Source: an uncultured Bacilli bacterium | GTDB lineage: Bacteria > Bacillota_I > Bacilli_A > ML615J-28 > CAG-698 | Assembly (NCBI GenBank): GCA_947627195.1 | Contig: CANQVC010000003.1 | Span: forward strand, 9,871 to 73,870 | Direction of reading: 5' to 3' | DNA length: 64,000 nt | Shown: piece by piece, positions 60,813 to 64,000 of the stretch | How positions within the stretch are numbered: position 1 is the stretch's first letter | How the letters are laid out: every line of letters begins with the position of its first letter | Program-made: the position numbers and the translations under genes | Notes under the pieces: generated by a model | The model's database searches: none | What the model saw: only the letters and a program-made list of their open reading frames with translations | Told to the model about the DNA's origin: nothing

Positions 60813-62420
60813 TTATTTACTTGCTCTAAAAGCATTTGAATTTTGAACAATAGCTTTAATTAAAGTATGACTACCATCTTCTCCATATTCCCAGAACATG
60901 ATACCACCTAAATTATTATCAATAACATATTTACATTTTAAATCAATACTTTGTTCATCATCATAACTAATGAATTGTTTGTTCTTTGAATCATATAAAT
61001 ATGGAGCTTTAGCTTGATCATCCCAATATCTTTGAACTTCTCCACCTAAACGACTTATATAATCACTATATATTTTAGTATAAAGAATTGTTTCACCTTT
61101 TTTAGTAGGAGTGGCTTTTGGAGCATAACTACCAGCTTCATAAATTCTACCATAGAATGCAGCGCCAAGAACTAGCTTTTTAGAATCAATTCCTCTACTT
61201 GTATATATCTTAACAGATGCATCACAACTACATTGACTAACAGTATATTCTGAATCAAATAAGGCAGTATGATGAGTTAAAGAGCCTCTATCATCTAAAT
61301 CATAAGTCATTAAGTTAATATAATCAAAATAATCATTTAATTTTTCTAATTCGTAACGTTCAGGTCCCCATGGTCCACCTGGTAAAGCTGCTGATAATAA
61401 ATAATTAGGATTAGCTGCTTTTAATTGACGATGAATTTCTTTAACTAATTCAGTATAATTAGGTCTATCAACACTTGTATCTCTTCCTGTTTCATAACCA
61501 GGATATTCCCAGTCTAAATCAATACCATCTATTTGATATTTTATAACCATATCAACCATGTTTTTCGCTAAAGTTTCTCTTCCTTCTTTTGTTGCGGCAG
61601 CATTACTGTAACGAGTACCTTCAGCACCATATCCACCAAATGAAACCATAACACGAACACCATGATTACGCATTTCAGTAACTTCTTTAATTCTACTAAC
61701 ACCACTCATATCAATTGCAAATGTTTCAGGATCAATAGATGCAAAACAGAAATCAACGATATCAATTGTATTCATATCTGTTTCATCAAATGGTTTATAA
61801 TTATAATTTGTTAAATAAGCGATAACTACTTTACCTTTTGATATATCTCTTAATTCTACTTTTGGAACATTAACTTTTAATTCAATTGAATCAAAAACTA
61901 AAGCAACAGTAATATTAGCAGTTAAGGTAACTACTTCATCATTATATGAGCGATGAAGTTCACCAGCGATATTTATAATTTCTGGTTTATCAGAATTCCA
62001 ACCAACACGAGCACTAATTCCATTTGGGCAATCAATAACTAATGGTAAAACAATATCTTCAGTTGCTTCACTAGGTATTATTTCTTGTAAATATTCTTTC
62101 ACATAATCAATTGCTTCTAATCTTTTAGTAGATTCATCTTTTAGAGCTTGTAAAGCACTTTCGAGATTTGTTAGGACATCATAATTTGTTACTAATGCTT
62201 TTTCATCATCATTTAATGCATCGTACATAGCTCTTGTTGAAGCGATTAATTCTTCATCAGATAATTGAACTTTGCTTACATCTGGTAACATTAAAATCAT
62301 ATTTTCTACTTCGTTTACTTTATTTTGGTTAACAACTTGTTTAGATGGATTATTGCCATCACAGCCAACACAAAATGCAACACAACAAATTAATATTAAC
62401 ATCAATACTTTTTTCATCAT
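60813..62420 (-). CDS. GH18 chitinase-family lipoprotein with N-terminal helical and Ig-like domains
   Basis: Lipobox CVGC; SFGG, DGIDLDWEYP, MTYD, FYG, WE. Confidence 0.9.
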   Translation of the reverse strand: MMKKVLMLILICCVAFCVGCDGNNPSKQVVNQNKVNEVENMILMLPDVSKVQLSDEELIASTRAMYDALNDDEKALVTNYDVLTNLESALQALKDESTKRLEAIDYVKEYLQEIIPSEATEDIVLPLVIDCPNGISARVGWNSDKPEIINIAGELHRSYNDEVVTLTANITVALVFDSIELKVNVPKVELRDISKGKVVIAYLTNYNYKPFDETDMNTIDIVDFCFASIDPETFAIDMSGVSRIKEVTEMRNHGVRVMVSFGGYGAEGTRYSNAAATKEGRETLAKNMVDMVIKYQIDGIDLDWEYPGYETGRDTSVDRPNYTELVKEIHRQLKAANPNYLLSAALPGGPWGPERYELEKLNDYFDYINLMTYDLDDRGSLTHHTALFDSEYTVSQCSCDASVKIYTSRGIDSKKLVLGAAFYGRIYEAGSYAPKATPTKKGETILYTKIYSDYISRLGGEVQRYWDDQAKAPYLYDSKNKQFISYDDEQSIDLKCKYVIDNNLGGIMFWEYGEDGSHTLIKAIVQNSNAFRASK

Positions 62421-62522
62421 TTTCTCCTTCCATTATTATCATGGATACATATTAAATATACCATAATAATTTATTTTTTTCTAGTATCTATAATGTTTTT
62501 CCAAATATTACTAATTAAAAAT

Positions 62523-64000
62523 TTATTTTCGATAACGAATTGTTACAATAATTGAACAAATCATATAAATAATAAACATACTTAAAGCAGCAACAATACT
62601 TATTAAAACAGATGACGATGTGAACATTAAACGAACACGATGAATTACAGCATTTAATTCTCCATTAAAGAATGAATATGTAAATAATTGATTAATTAAC
62701 GCTACAGCACCTAATGTTAATAAGATACTAACTCCACCTAAAATAATTGTTAATACAAAATAAGTTAGGAAATGTAAAAAGTACATATGTTTAGGTCTAA
62801 CACCTAACATAGAAAGACGAACAACTGTATCTCTTTCTCTTCTCTCCTTTAAGTATACAAAACCAATAGAAATTAATATTGCAACAACTAATAAAAATAA
62901 ATACATACTACTAGCAATTTCTAGTATATAATTACCTGTATTACTTGAATCTGTTGTATAATACACTGAAAATAAATAATAAGGAGAAATATTTCCATCT
63001 GATGTATAATATGATTCATCTATTGCTAATTTCTTTAATACTGAACTTTTAATATAAACGAAATTAGGTTCAACAATATTATCTACTGTGCCAAAGACAA
63101 CATCATCATGAACAAAATATCCAACATCATCAATTGTTTGAATTTCATAGTCATAATAAAGAGAAGCTAAGCCATTAAAATCTACTTCTGCTACTGTTTC
63201 TCCTTTTCCTTCAACGAACTCTAAATATGCCCCTGGCATTACATCAACAGGTACTAATGAATAACCAACTTTAAATAATTGTTCCATTAAGGTCATTCTA
63301 TTTTTTAAATTAATATCTTTTAAATCAACTATTAATTCTTGATCTTTATTTTTGCCAAATTGAATTATATTGTAATATGTATCAAAACTTACAAAAATAT
63401 CATTTAAATCATTATCTTTTGTTATTCCAACAATTTTAAATGTGTCATGATATGTCTCATTATGCCATACAAATGATAATTCAACTTCTTTATTAGCTAT
63501 TGATTCAAAACTTTCTTGAACTGTATTGGAATTAGTAAAGGAAAGATTAGGAAATAATAGCTTAGCTAAATATTGAGTAATCATAATTTCATTATCTTCT
63601 AAATTATTGGAAGTTATTGATTTAGCTATTATTCTATTATAATAATCAATATTTAAATTATCGTCAACTCCAGCAAGTTTTTCTCCTCTTTCAGTTATCC
63701 ATCCTGTGAAATTATATTGACCAGTAAATGGAGCAATAGTAGGTTTAATATTAATATCATTTGTATATATCATATCTAATTGAATGTTTCCATAATATTG
63801 GTTAGAAACGAATTTATCTTCTAAATCATCATTTATAACAACATATCCAAATGGTTGAAACTTTGCGGAATTCATGAATTCATCATCACGATCTTGAGTC
63901 TTAAATTCAGGCAACAAAATGAAAAGATTAGAATCGGTATTATATGCATAATAATTAAGTAAACCTGTTTCAATTATTCCTGAAACAACATAACTACATG
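62523..64000 (-). CDS. FtsX/MacB-like ABC permease, 5' end beyond window
   Basis: Frame stays open to window end; C-terminal TMs with 'ERRERDTVVRLSMLGV'. Confidence 0.65.
   Translation of the reverse strand, partial: CSYVVSGIIETGLLNYYAYNTDSNLFILLPEFKTQDRDDEFMNSAKFQPFGYVVINDDLEDKFVSNQYYGNIQLDMIYTNDINIKPTIAPFTGQYNFTGWITERGEKLAGVDDNLNIDYYNRIIAKSITSNNLEDNEIMITQYLAKLLFPNLSFTNSNTVQESFESIANKEVELSFVWHNETYHDTFKIVGITKDNDLNDIFVSFDTYYNIIQFGKNKDQELIVDLKDINLKNRMTLMEQLFKVGYSLVPVDVMPGAYLEFVEGKGETVAEVDFNGLASLYYDYEIQTIDDVGYFVHDDVVFGTVDNIVEPNFVYIKSSVLKKLAIDESYYTSDGNISPYYLFSVYYTTDSSNTGNYILEIASSMYLFLLVVAILISIGFVYLKERRERDTVVRLSMLGVRPKHMYFLHFLTYFVLTIILGGVSILLTLGAVALINQLFTYSFFNGELNAVIHRVRLMFTSSSVLISIVAALSMFIIYMICSIIVTIRYRK

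Noticed and set aside
2111-62466. Many short 60-130 aa ORFs antisense to or nested within real genes
   Set aside because: They are shadows of well-supported genes and have no recognisable motifs.
1-64000. UGA=Trp recoding
   Set aside because: Genes read full length in the standard code and TGA ends genes at 22309 and 47718.

Overview
Very AT-rich (roughly 25-30% GC by eye) bacterial chromosome segment using the standard genetic code (TGA is a stop, Trp is TGG). Nearly all genes are on the minus strand. The style fits a reduced Bacilli/Mollicutes lineage (Acholeplasmatales/Anaeroplasma/Izemoplasma-like; inference). Housekeeping content: nrdDG-dut, aroB-aroC-aroE/K-aroF-aroA-tyrA, divergent pheA, pyk, queH, dusB, tandem mgtE, and T-box-controlled trpB with a degenerate trpA. 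The dominant accessory theme is a dispersed but coherent set of peptidoglycan/amino-sugar catabolic genes. These are two NagZ, NamZ, a tandem GNAT, NagB, SpoIID and GH18 lipoproteins, GH20 plus a 14-kb SBP/NHL/YIP1/DUF5696 ABC cluster, and a run with a LysA-M19 dipeptidase fusion, AmiE-like hydrolase, PIG-L deacetylase, LD-carboxypeptidase and GHL10. Together they suggest a cell-wall foraging system. Unannotated elements found by reading the DNA: an FYYYYF leader-peptide attenuator ahead of the aro operon, a multi-hairpin ncRNA candidate at 22.0-22.2 kb, and a repeat-rich regulatory region at 47.15-47.64 kb. No CRISPR, rRNA, tRNA or transposase was seen.
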